Positions 48,086 to 57,725 are shown, numbered from the stretch's first letter. The stretch: DNA of 64,000 bases from Candidatus Poribacteria bacterium (GCA_965116925.1 OZ220744.1:3072001-3136000); one strand, 5' to 3'. Translations and numbers: made by a program. The notes: generated by a model from the sequence alone, not told the origin.

Positions 48086-49126
48086 TTAAGGATAATTATA
48101 CAAATTATCCCGTTCGGGAGGCGGTTCTTGAGCGGGCTCTTGGTTCGCCTGAAACTCACGAAGAATACAATTCACAATCTCTTCGCTATACGCTTGTGCA
48201 TCAATACGGTTCTGGTTAGCTTCCCACGTCATTCGAGCCGCAGCCTCAAAATATTCGGAATGCCGGTAGGCGTCTAGAATATCAACCCCGCGTGAAAACG
48301 TGCCATGTCCAACCCAATAGATGATGTGGCGCATTTCGTGCTGTTGATTTGGCGGGAGGTCTTCCCCCTTAAAGAGCCGTAGGCTCTCGTAGGAAAGTTC
48401 AGGGATGCCCGGTGCTCGCTCCTGTACAAAACCGATTCCGCCGGATTTATCGTACATAATCGGGGTTTCTGGTTCGTACCCTCGCAGAAAATCGTAAAAT
48501 CGTGATGCCTCCCCGTGTTCACTCCGAGAGATGAGGTTCAAGAACTTCGGTTGTAGATGTACCAACGCTTTGAAACCCTGCGATTCAAGTTGCTCAAAAA
48601 TTAGCATATAGTGAAACATCTCACTCGTCGGTTTCGGGGGCTTCGTCTGACTTTCGTCGAGCGCAGAGAGCAAAGGCGTACCGAAACGCATGCGATAATG
48701 CACGCCATCATCTTCCACTTCAACAATTGTCAAGTTAAGTGCCGGATGTTCCAAAGCGATCATGTCCAACCGTGAGCCGGACTTTGTCAAAAGCACATGC
48801 CTGCCCGCCAACCCTTTCACGGTAATCGCCGGGGGCAAAGCGTAACGTGGAGATTCATCCCGTGGAAGCAGGCAGGCTTCATCCACTGCGTCGGACAACA
48901 GCGCACCCATGTTACCCGCCGAAGCCCACAGATAGCCATGTGCGTGGGCGTGGCTTCCTACCCAGCCCATCTCCCCAATCAAAACACCCAGTTCGCTGTC
49001 AGAGTCAATAGGTCGTAGGTCGGTTTGATATCCTCGTTCAACCCACTGTCGGTAGCGGTAACTCCTTGCGGGGGGCGGCGATAATTCGTGAGTCAAGTAA
49101 GGGTTTGCTAACATCGATCCGGGCAT
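48086..49126 (-). CDS. Class II aldolase, rhamnulose-1-phosphate aldolase-like (divergent)
   Basis: ASAGNMG, TKSGS, KPTSE, VHLQP, PG..ELS and WVGHG motifs. Confidence 0.75.
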   Translation of the reverse strand: MPGSMLANPYLTHELSPPPARSYRYRQWVERGYQTDLRPIDSDSELGVLIGEMGWVGSHAHAHGYLWASAGNMGALLSDAVDEACLLPRDESPRYALPPAITVKGLAGRHVLLTKSGSRLDMIALEHPALNLTIVEVEDDGVHYRMRFGTPLLSALDESQTKPPKPTSEMFHYMLIFEQLESQGFKALVHLQPKFLNLISRSEHGEASRFYDFLRGYEPETPIMYDKSGGIGFVQERAPGIPELSYESLRLFKGEDLPPNQQHEMRHIIYWVGHGTFSRGVDILDAYRHSEYFEAAARMTWEANQNRIDAQAYSEEIVNCILREFQANQEPAQEPPPERDNLYNYP

Positions 49127-49225
49127 GATAATTCGTTCCTCTTTCTTCCACACTTATAGTGAAGTTCTTTCTGGCTATGCGACAAATATATCACGGTTAT
49201 CCAATTTTATCAATCACTTTCTGAG

Positions 49226-49369
49226 TCAAAAGTAGTAGGCATACTCCGTATGCCGTAACCCCCGTATACCGCTTCAAAAGTAGTAGGCATACTCCGTATG
49301 CCGTAACCTCCGTATACCGCTTCAAAAGTAGTAGGCATACTCCGTATGCCGTAACCCCCGTATACCCGC
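49226..49369 (+). repeat. Three tandem 48-bp REP-containing units
   Basis: TCAAAAGTAGTAGGCATACTCCGTATGCCGTAACC(C/T)CCGTATACCGCT x3. Confidence 0.92.
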
Positions 49370-49490
49370 TAGTGTTGATTTTAAGCGTTCAACTGACCAA
49401 TTCTTAGGTCATTAGAAATATACAAAATGAGGGAATAGATTGTTTTTGCTGGATCAACCCTGATCTTATGATATAATATGACACAAGTTG

Positions 49491-49998
49491 CTAGTGCTCC
49501 GTCAAATAAATCATGATAAGGCACTCACCGCTCGGATTGGATAGCCATAGCCAAGCCGCTTTGTGGGGAAAGTATCTAAAGGAGCCTTTTGTACCACAAT
49601 CTGTTAGATTGTGATCCGAGCCCGCAAACTATAGTGAATTCAAAAAATAAAGAAACACTTGCGCCCCCCCGGTAGGTGCGGTTTGTAACTGCACCGGTTT
49701 GGCGTGTCCCATTAATTCTAAAATCTACTATAAATGAAGTTTAAGTATTTAAATCGGTAATCCCGATTTGCCTCGAAATATACCCGCGCCGACGTCGCTA
49801 GCAAATTACCGAACTGTTTTTTTATCTTCATACAGTTTGCGCTACATTTATCTGACAATGTACTAGTACACTGTCAGGCAAATTATGATTGTCTATATGG
49901 ATTGAGACTCATAATACTTCGTAGGGGTCGGGTCACCCGAACCCCTTGTTGATATGCAAAACTTATATGACTGAGTACTAGGGCGTGTTGACATTTAT
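49491..49998 (+). mobile_element. Nested MITE stack: G containing A (49630-49732) and F (49734-49831), followed by B (49863-49981)
   Basis: Comparison with the uninterrupted G copy at 31585-31760. Confidence 0.8.
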
Positions 49999-50066
49999 GT
50001 GAAGCGTGTCCATAATTCGCCGATAAGTTCAGTCCAAACTGAGCGTGAGTTGATAAGGTGTTAGGG

Positions 50067-50395
50067 ATGAACATCCACGACAGCGGATATAAGGAACTAT
50101 TCTCAAAGAGGTGAAGACGATGTTAGTCACAGCATTAGAGAAGGAGAGGCAGCGTTTTTTTCAAAACGGTTTGCTTGAGGGTGAGCAGAAAGGCAAGCAG
50201 GAAGGCAGAATTGAAGGCAAGCAGGAAGGGCTGCTTGAGGGTGAGCAGAAAGGCAAGCAGGAAGGTAGAATTGAAGAAAAGATTGAAACTGCAAAGGCAA
50301 TGCTAGCTAAGGGAATGGAGATGACGCTCATCTCTGAAATCACAAACCTGTCAGAAGCACAACTTTTGCAGTTGAGAGATGAACTTTCCTCATGA
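50067..50395 (+). pseudogene. Rpn/YhgA-like (PD-(D/E)XK) gene with nuclease domain deleted; C-terminal RpnS-like ORF 50120-50395 intact
   Basis: MNIHDSGYKELFS joined out of frame to KEVKTMLVTALEK...EGEQKGKQEG repeats...AKAMLAKGME..LISEITNLS. Confidence 0.78.
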
Positions 50396-50405
50396 GGTTC
50401 CCAAG

Positions 50406-50495
50406 ATGACCTTAGAGGAATTCCTTGAAAGCGATTTAGAAGGATATGAATACATCGAAGGAGAATTAGTGCCTTTGAATAGCGTTTCATTATAA
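50406..50495 (+). pseudogene. N-terminal fragment of a Uma2-family endonuclease
   Basis: MTLEEFLESDLEGYEYIEGELVP followed by a premature stop. Confidence 0.65.
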
Positions 50496-50609
50496 AAATC
50501 CCGCTTCCCGAAATAAAACTTGATGGAATTGATGTTTGCGTGTATCATTTCCGTCTGAGCTTTGGAAAGAATAGGCAATCTGTTAATTGGAAGCGTGGCT
50601 AGGCGTAAA

Positions 50610-51230
50610 ATGGATCCTTCCCAAATGAAACCCAAAATATCAGGAATCATCCTCGCCGCGGGGCTGTCCACCCGCATGGGTGAACCCAAGCAACTCCTTC
50701 CTTTCGGCGATAGTACAATTATCGAAACCGTGATCGATAATCTGCTTGGATCCAAACTGAACGAAGTGATCGTTGTCGTTGGACACGAGGCCGAGAGGGT
50801 TCAAGCACATATCCGGCACAAACCTATCGAAATCGCATTCAACCCCGATTATCAGGAGGGCATGCTGACCTCTGCACAGTGCGGTGTGGGGGCAATTTCA
50901 GCGTCCGCCGATGCGTTTGCAATAACACTGGTAGATTTACCGCTCATCACGCCGGATCTGGTTAATCTGGTTATTGATACATACGTCCAAACAGAAGGCG
51001 GCATAGCGGTGCCAAGTTATAACTATCGTCGCGGGCATCCGGTAATTTTTGACCGACACTACGCTGCCGACATCCTTGCACTGGATGAGGATAGCGGCGG
51101 AGTTCGGTCGCTTTTCAAAAAATATGCAGATGACATCCACTATGTGACTGTTGATACCGACCAAGTATTGATGGATATCGACTATCGGACAGATTACGAA
51201 GAAGCATTACGAAAATCCGCGTCTCCGTGA
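50610..51230 (+). CDS. mocA: Molybdenum cofactor cytidylyltransferase (MocA-like nucleotidyltransferase)
   Basis: ILAAGLSTRMGEPKQLL, NPDYQEGMLTS, GHPVIF and DID motifs. Confidence 0.85.
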   Translation: MDPSQMKPKISGIILAAGLSTRMGEPKQLLPFGDSTIIETVIDNLLGSKLNEVIVVVGHEAERVQAHIRHKPIEIAFNPDYQEGMLTSAQCGVGAISASADAFAITLVDLPLITPDLVNLVIDTYVQTEGGIAVPSYNYRRGHPVIFDRHYAADILALDEDSGGVRSLFKKYADDIHYVTVDTDQVLMDIDYRTDYEEALRKSASP

Positions 51231-51246
51231 GGATGAGGAAACCAAT

Positions 51247-51348
51247 TATAGTGAATTCAAAAAATAAAGAAACACTTGCGCCCCCCGGTAGGTGCGGTTT
51301 GTAACCGCACCTGTTTGGCGTGTCCAATTAATTCTAAAATCTACTATA
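51247..51348 (+). mobile_element. MITE A copy
   Basis: TATAGTGAATTC...AATCTACTATA. Confidence 0.8.
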
Positions 51349-51373
51349 AAACCTAACCGTAAAAGGATAGTAA

Positions 51374-52309
51374 ATGATTGAATCAATAGAAGCAGTACAA
51401 GAAACATTTGTGGAACAGCATTACATCGCCGATCGCGCGTTGGCAACAACAATCTACCTAGCGCATCACCTGAACAAACCAATTTTCCTTGAAGGTGAGC
51501 CCGGCGTTGGAAAAACAGAGGTCGCAAAGGTCTTGGCGAGCGCGACCGGTGGAAATCTAATCCGTTTGCAATGTTACGAAGGACTGGATGTAAACAGCGC
51601 GTTGTATGAGTGGAACTACACGAAGCAGATCCTCCAGCTACGCATCGACGAAGTACGAGGCATGGACAAAGAACAGATTGGGGAAGACATCTTCAGCGAA
51701 GATTTTCTGCTAAAACGTCCGCTCCTCGAAGCCATTCAGACTGATGGCGCGGCACCGCCTGTGCTGCTCATTGATGAAGTGGATCGAAGTGATAGCGAAT
51801 TTGAAGCGTTCCTCCTCGAAATCCTGTCAGATTTCCAGATTACCATTCCGGAGATTGGGACCATTCGTGCCAAACATATTCCTTATGTGGTGTTGACCTC
51901 AAATCGTACGCGAGAGATCCACGAAGCCCTGAAACGCCGGTGCCTCTACCAGTGGATCGACTATCCGTCCGTCCAGAAGGAGTTCGCAATTGTTAAAACC
52001 AAGCTGCCACATATCGACGATATGCTTGCACAGCAACTTTGTAACCTGATGCGGGTATTTAGGGAAGGGGATTACTACAAAAAGCCGGGAGTCGCAGAGA
52101 CATTAGATTGGGGATTAGCCCTCATCGCGTTGGGGAAGGACGGATTAGATCCCGCCATCGTTGATGAAACGCTCGGTTGCATTTTCAAATATCAGGATGA
52201 TATTCAGCGGGCACGAGAGGTAGGCTTGGACAAGATGGTAGATGGTGCGAGAAGTGATTCGGAAGCAAGTGCCGTCGAAAAAGCAGATTGGCGGTATATG
52301 CGTGGATAG
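51374..52309 (+). CDS. coxD: MoxR-family AAA+ ATPase (CoxD-like)
   Basis: LEGEPGVGKTE, RLQCYEGLD, LYEWNY, LLIDEVDR, ALKRRCLY and KKPGVAETLDW motifs. Confidence 0.88.
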   Translation: MIESIEAVQETFVEQHYIADRALATTIYLAHHLNKPIFLEGEPGVGKTEVAKVLASATGGNLIRLQCYEGLDVNSALYEWNYTKQILQLRIDEVRGMDKEQIGEDIFSEDFLLKRPLLEAIQTDGAAPPVLLIDEVDRSDSEFEAFLLEILSDFQITIPEIGTIRAKHIPYVVLTSNRTREIHEALKRRCLYQWIDYPSVQKEFAIVKTKLPHIDDMLAQQLCNLMRVFREGDYYKKPGVAETLDWGLALIALGKDGLDPAIVDETLGCIFKYQDDIQRAREVGLDKMVDGARSDSEASAVEKADWRYMRG

Positions 52310-52350
52310 TGTTACGCATGACAACTAATAGTATAAAAGGAGTTAAGGGC

Positions 52351-52626
52351 ATGGTCCAATTTCAACTGAACCCCGATACTGAAAAGAAACTCAATGCGCT
52401 TAAAGATGACCGTGATTTTATCATAAGTCTTGAGGAATTTATCGAAGAAGAGTATCGTTTGGCGTTTGAATTGAAACACGACACACCTGAAAGCTACGCA
52501 GATTCCCTGAAAAAAGATCTTGGAGATGAACGCTATCAAGAGTTCTGCCGCTATCTTGAGAAGAAAATAGACGAAAAAGACGAGGCGCGCCAGCGTTTTG
52601 ATCGCGAAACTAACGGCATTCAGTAA
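52351..52626 (+). CDS. Putative antitoxin (acidic, 91 aa)
   Basis: RBS AAGGAG; ends 2 nt before the PIN gene. Confidence 0.65.
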   Translation: MVQFQLNPDTEKKLNALKDDRDFIISLEEFIEEEYRLAFELKHDTPESYADSLKKDLGDERYQEFCRYLEKKIDEKDEARQRFDRETNGIQ

Positions 52627-52628
52627 GC

Positions 52629-53042
52629 ATGGTACTCTTGGATACAAACACTGTCATCTATTATATCTTTCAAAAACGTCCGAAAGTTATTCAACGCGTA
52701 AAGGCTTATGAGCGGAGTGGTAGAAAGTACATCATGCACCCAATCTGCTATTACGAGATTGTCCGTTGGGTACTTGGCCTCCAAGATTTGCGTGAACGAC
52801 GTAGAGCAATGCGTACGATCAGGAAATTTGTAGATGAGAGATGTGTCTGGGTAGAAATTGATGAAAAAGTTTCTCAAAAAGCAGCTTACATTTGGTATCA
52901 ACTTAGAAGGTTAAATGAATTAATCGAAGATGCCGATTTGTTCATTGCTGCTACCGCTCTTGTCTATGATTATACGGTTGTCACCAACAATACGGCGCAC
53001 TTCCAACGAGTCCCCGGACTCACCATTGAAAATTGGACTTAA
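52629..53042 (+). CDS. vapC: PIN-domain toxin (VapC-like)
   Basis: LLDTN, YYE, DADLFIAATA and VTNNTAHF...GLTIENW motifs. Confidence 0.9.
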   Translation: MVLLDTNTVIYYIFQKRPKVIQRVKAYERSGRKYIMHPICYYEIVRWVLGLQDLRERRRAMRTIRKFVDERCVWVEIDEKVSQKAAYIWYQLRRLNELIEDADLFIAATALVYDYTVVTNNTAHFQRVPGLTIENWT

Positions 53043-53045
53043 CCT

Positions 53046-54200
53046 ATGACTAAACAACAACCCCTTCTTCAAGAAATTACCGCTTTCTGCCGGTTGCTCA
53101 AGCAGATGGGCGTGAATGTTACCACAACAAATCAGATCAGTTTCTGCCGAAGCGTTGAATTAATCAATATTGGACAGCAACAGGATTTCTACGACGCCGC
53201 CAAGATGAACCTGATCGCCAATGAATCGGATCGCGCGTTATTTGATGTCGCTTTTGACTGGTTTTGGAGATACCCGCGTCCCGACCCACAGGAATTGGGG
53301 CTTGATACGGAAGAAGAGCAGACGATGTCCCTTGAGGATCTGCTCAATGCCGAAGACACAGTCGTAAACCTAGATCAGTGGACAGAGATGGAGGACGATA
53401 AAGAGGAGGGAGAAGAGGATACGGTTGCCTATAGTGCCGAGCATATTTTGACCCAGAAGGATTTCGGCCAGTTCACGGAAGAAGAGATGCAAAAAGCACG
53501 AGAGGTCATCGCTAAACTCGTTCCACTGTTGGCAACAAAACTGAGCCGCCGGAAAAAGACCAGTACCAAAGGGAAGACGATCGATTTTCGACAGAGTTGG
53601 CGTAAAAACATCGCCTACGGTGGCGAACCGCTGAAATTGATTCGGAAACGTCAAAAGGTCAAGAAAAACAAGATCTTACTGCTCTGCGATGTCAGTGGAT
53701 CGATGGACTACTACTCCACCTTTCTGATTCAGTTTATCTACGGGATGCAGCAAGCACTTGAGGAGGTCGAAGTTGCGGTCTTTAGTACAGAGCTCACCAA
53801 CATCACCGGGCTCCTCCGCCGCAAAGGGCTTGAAGAGGGGCTCCGCGAGGTTGCACAGGTTGTACCTGATTGGTCAGGGGGAACGAGAATTGGTGAGAGT
53901 ATTGTTGCCTTCAACCGCGAGTTTGGACGCTCTTTCTCTGCGTACAGAACTGTAGTCATTTTAATCAGTGACGGTTGGGACCGGGGCGAAGCGGATATCC
54001 TACAGAAGGGGATGGAGGTGTTGCATCGCCAAGCCTATAAATTAATCTGGTTGAACCCCCTACTCGGCAGTGAAGGCTATCAGCCAATCTGTCGTGGCAT
54101 ACGCACGGCACTGCCGTATGTTGACTATTTCTTACCAGCTCACAATCTGGACAGCCTGATCCAACTGACGAAAGTCCTGACACCGATCTGGTCAGATTAA
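53046..54200 (+). CDS. coxE: vWA-domain protein (CoxE-like)
   Basis: LCDVSGSM, WSGGTRIG, ISDGWDRG and LIWLNPL motifs. Confidence 0.9.
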   Translation: MTKQQPLLQEITAFCRLLKQMGVNVTTTNQISFCRSVELINIGQQQDFYDAAKMNLIANESDRALFDVAFDWFWRYPRPDPQELGLDTEEEQTMSLEDLLNAEDTVVNLDQWTEMEDDKEEGEEDTVAYSAEHILTQKDFGQFTEEEMQKAREVIAKLVPLLATKLSRRKKTSTKGKTIDFRQSWRKNIAYGGEPLKLIRKRQKVKKNKILLLCDVSGSMDYYSTFLIQFIYGMQQALEEVEVAVFSTELTNITGLLRRKGLEEGLREVAQVVPDWSGGTRIGESIVAFNREFGRSFSAYRTVVILISDGWDRGEADILQKGMEVLHRQAYKLIWLNPLLGSEGYQPICRGIRTALPYVDYFLPAHNLDSLIQLTKVLTPIWSD

Positions 54201-54269
54201 ACAGACGCACTGAAGGAGGAACGGCAGGACGGGTAATCTGGATCTAATCTCCATCGGGATTAGCCATGC

Positions 54270-54887
54270 TTGTTGATAAATCAGAATGGGAGGGAGGAAA
54301 ACAAACAGCTTTACGAGTTACGCATTATGGATTGTGCATTACGCTTCACGTTTCACGTTTCACATAGATGGATTCTGTGTGTTCCACTTGTCCTTCTGAC
54401 CTGTGCCGCCCCACCGCTTATCATTCCAGAGTCCGGGACGCTAGCCTCCGATTTCACCCTCAAAGATCAGAATGATCAAGAAATTCGATTGAGCCAATTC
54501 CGTGGGGAAAATGTGTTGCTGTTCGGCTTTGATAGGGACAGTGTTGATAACGGGGGAACATGGCTAACTCTATTCCTTGAGCGGTATGCTGAAGAGCTGC
54601 GGATTCTCCCCATTGCCAATGGATCTGGTATGCCGCTCTCTGTACGTCTGTTTCTGAAGGGCAAGGTTAAAGCCGAAGCCCAAGACGCTGCGGAAGAATT
54701 TAATCTATCCAGTTTCCTATTGGACTGGACAGGTGAAACCTCTCGGCAGTATGGAATGGCTCCCAAGATATCGACGATTGTGCTGATCGATCGTGCGGGG
54801 CACATTCGACTGGTGCAACCACTTCCGCAGCTAACGGAGGAGGGGGTGCGAGCTATTTTTGATCAGATTGACCAGCAAATCAGGTGA
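54270..54887 (+). CDS. Redoxin/thioredoxin-fold exported protein without CxxC; start uncertain
   Basis: ASDFTLKDQNDQEIRLSQFRG and VLIDRAGHIR motifs; possible lipobox LTC. Confidence 0.7.
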   Translation: MLINQNGREENKQLYELRIMDCALRFTFHVSHRWILCVPLVLLTCAAPPLIIPESGTLASDFTLKDQNDQEIRLSQFRGENVLLFGFDRDSVDNGGTWLTLFLERYAEELRILPIANGSGMPLSVRLFLKGKVKAEAQDAAEEFNLSSFLLDWTGETSRQYGMAPKISTIVLIDRAGHIRLVQPLPQLTEEGVRAIFDQIDQQIR

Positions 54888-54951
54888 AAACGGACATGTA
54901 AAGGCATTTTCATAAAACGACATTGTTCATTAACAAGAAAAGGATTAATGC

Positions 54952-56346
54952 ATGACAAACTTTAAAACGTTCCAAATACTCCTGCTCATTACTCTGTTTC
55001 TCGTTGCGGGTTCTCAAACTGCATCTACCCAAATAGCGCAGGAGGCTTTTGCTATATTTGAAAAGAGTTGTTTCAGCTGCCACGGAACCGGTGCTCCCTA
55101 TGCAGCGGTACTCTTAATTGAAGATCACAGCGTACCCATTGAAAAAGGAGTGGTTGTTCCGGGGGACCCTGATGGCTCCAGATTGTATAAGCGGCTCCTT
55201 GCCGAAGGGGGCGCACTGATGCCACTCGGAGGACCGCCTCTACCCGATGCGGAGATTGAAACGATTAAAAACTGGATTTTAGCTGGGGCACCCGATTGGG
55301 CGACGTCTCCCCCTAGTATCAGCCACACTGTTTCCAAGACACCAATTCACCCCGGCGATGGGTTTACCGTTAACATCAACGCAGAAACTGCCTTCGACTT
55401 GAGGCAGTGGCAGCTGGATATTACCTTCGACCCCACTGCCCTTGAGGTCATCAATGTGAGTGAAGGCGATTTCCTGACGATGAACAGTGGAACAACCACC
55501 TTTCAGGGTGGAACCATCGATAACGCCGCCGGTAACATCACAGGACTTAGCGCAGAGCGACAGGGCGACCAAGGGGTGAGTGGCACTGGCAGCCTACTTC
55601 ATGTAGGATTCAAGGCAATATCGAGCGGTGAGACCAAGTTGACGCTGGGGAGTCTCCAGTTCAATGCTAGTGCCGGGTGGAGCGTCCCTGTAGACCCCTA
55701 TGAAATTGCTCTTACTGTGGAAGAACAAGTTGTCGCCGGGGATGTGGATGGAAATGGGCAGGTAAATATTCTGGATCTCGTTTTCGTTGCACAGCAGTTG
55801 GGGAAAAGCGTACCCGCCGACTCACCGGCGGATGTCAATAGTGACGGTATCGTCAATATTCTTGACCTCGTCCAAGTGGCACAAAATTTCGGTAACACAG
55901 CAGCACCCCCAGTAACCATGATTGTAGCGGACAGCGTAGACCCTGCAACGATAGCAGCGTGGATTGTGCAGGCGCAATTAGAGGATGACGGTTCGCTCGG
56001 CTTCAAACAGGGGATCGCAAATCTTCAAGACCTGTTAGTTTCACTGATCCCTGAAGAGACTGCACTGCTCCGTAACTATCCGAATCCGTTTAACCCGGAG
56101 ACATGGATACCGTATCAGTTGGCAGCACCCGCAGAGGTCGCACTGACAATTTATGATATGAATGGGCAGATGGTGCGGCGTTTGGCGTTGGGGCATCAAG
56201 CAGCAGGTGTGTATCAGAGTCGAAGCCGTGCGATATATTGGAACGGACGCAATCAGATGGGTGAGTTTGTCGCCAGTGGCCTCTATTTCTACACGCTGAC
56301 AGCAGGAGATTTCACAGCGACGCGGCGGATGCTGATTCTGAAGTAG
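54952..56346 (+). CDS. Secreted cytochrome c + cohesin-like + dockerin + FlgD/T9SS-like-tail protein
   Basis: CFSCH...VVPGDPDGSRL...MP...WILAGA (planctomycete-type cytochrome c), WQLDITFDP..LEV..V.EGDFL (cohesin-like), 2x D.NG.VNILDLV, NYPNPFNPETWIPY. Confidence 0.87.
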   Translation: MTNFKTFQILLLITLFLVAGSQTASTQIAQEAFAIFEKSCFSCHGTGAPYAAVLLIEDHSVPIEKGVVVPGDPDGSRLYKRLLAEGGALMPLGGPPLPDAEIETIKNWILAGAPDWATSPPSISHTVSKTPIHPGDGFTVNINAETAFDLRQWQLDITFDPTALEVINVSEGDFLTMNSGTTTFQGGTIDNAAGNITGLSAERQGDQGVSGTGSLLHVGFKAISSGETKLTLGSLQFNASAGWSVPVDPYEIALTVEEQVVAGDVDGNGQVNILDLVFVAQQLGKSVPADSPADVNSDGIVNILDLVQVAQNFGNTAAPPVTMIVADSVDPATIAAWIVQAQLEDDGSLGFKQGIANLQDLLVSLIPEETALLRNYPNPFNPETWIPYQLAAPAEVALTIYDMNGQMVRRLALGHQAAGVYQSRSRAIYWNGRNQMGEFVASGLYFYTLTAGDFTATRRMLILK

Positions 56347-56533
56347 GACTAAGCACCCAGTACAGCAAGGCAGCTTATCTATCATCTCCCTTTGATAGGA
56401 TACTAATTATCAGCGACAATCAGCGAAATCTGCGTCCCTATCTGCTCGTAGGACTGAAGGGCGTAAGTCCTATTTCTTTTTACATGAACGAAAAAGAAAA
56501 CATACTACAAGAATAAATAAAGGAGCTTTCAAA

Positions 56534-57661
56534 ATGCAAGTACAGGCTGCGGTAATGCCAGAACCGGGACAAATCGAGATTCGTGAATTTGAAAAGCCAA
56601 CCCCTGCCGACGACGCGCTACTGCTTCAGGTGGACCAAGTTGGCATTTGCGGCAGCGACAAGCACATGTATCTCGGTCATTCAAACCTGAACTTCCCCGT
56701 GATTCCGGGGCATGAAGTCGTTGGCACTGTCGCCGAGATTGGCAAAAATGCGAATCAGGTGATGAATGTGATGGGCGGACCGATTAAAGCGGGCGATCCA
56801 GTAACCGTCGTCCCCGGCTCAAAGAACTGTGGGAGATGCTACTACTGTTTGCGTTTTCCACACCGTCCGACCTTATGCACAAATCGAACGATTTACGGGT
56901 TCAGCAACTGTGAAGACCCGCCTCACCTGACAGGAGAGTTTTCTGAGTATACCTACATCCACGGTAACTCTTGGGTGTTTAAGGTGTCGGAAGGAATCCC
57001 TGAAGCGTTGCGTGTCTTGACAGAACCGGTCGCTGTTGCAACCCGCGCGGTAGAGCGTGCACATGCGCCGGGCGTGCCACAAGTGGGGGCAGGATACGGT
57101 ATCGGAAATAGTGTCGCCGTGCTCGGTTGTGGCCCCATTGGGCTTCTCGTGATTGCTGTGCTTCGTAGTACCGGTGCAGGAACAATTATCGCCACCGATA
57201 TTGTGGACAGTCGTTTGGATATGGCGAAACATATGGGAGCAGATGTCGTCATCAATGTTGGTGAAACCGCCCTTGAACAACGCCTTGAGCAGGTGCAAGA
57301 TCTCACGAGCGGAGCGGGTGCGGACATCGTGATAGAATGCGCCGGGTTGCCGAGCGTCTTTGCTGAAGCCATTGACCTGGTCCGCCGCGGTGGTAAAGTG
57401 ATCGAGGTAGGACACTATACCGATTCAGGTTCCGTCAATGTCCGTCCACACCAGATTTGTAACAAAGATCTCGACATCTGTGGCGTGTGGGCGTATCCAC
57501 AGATCCAATTCCAAACCGCCCTCGATTTTTTAGAGCGAACCCAAGTTCCCCTGAATGATCTTATTACCCATCATCTTCCCCTCGCCCGCTTGGAGGAGGG
57601 CATCCAGATGCTTGGTGAGGAGGGTGTCTATAAGGTTGTTATCGAACCGCATACAAGTTAA
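56534..57661 (+). CDS. Zn-dependent (sugar-alcohol/threonine-type) dehydrogenase
   Basis: GICGSD, PGHE, CGRCYYC..C and GCGPIG motifs. Confidence 0.92.
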   Translation: MQVQAAVMPEPGQIEIREFEKPTPADDALLLQVDQVGICGSDKHMYLGHSNLNFPVIPGHEVVGTVAEIGKNANQVMNVMGGPIKAGDPVTVVPGSKNCGRCYYCLRFPHRPTLCTNRTIYGFSNCEDPPHLTGEFSEYTYIHGNSWVFKVSEGIPEALRVLTEPVAVATRAVERAHAPGVPQVGAGYGIGNSVAVLGCGPIGLLVIAVLRSTGAGTIIATDIVDSRLDMAKHMGADVVINVGETALEQRLEQVQDLTSGAGADIVIECAGLPSVFAEAIDLVRRGGKVIEVGHYTDSGSVNVRPHQICNKDLDICGVWAYPQIQFQTALDFLERTQVPLNDLITHHLPLARLEEGIQMLGEEGVYKVVIEPHTS

Positions 57662-57725
57662 GCAACGGTGCACTCGGTAAATTGCCAAGCGATTCACATG
57701 CGCTTGCCCCGAAAGGAGGCAGAAA

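Noticed and set aside
49226..49369. Possible mini-CRISPR array (palindromic repeat x3)
   Set aside because: The intervening sequences are near-identical rather than unique spacers, the repeat is a dispersed REP, and there are no cas genes. The same applies to 45790-45917 and 39955-40190.
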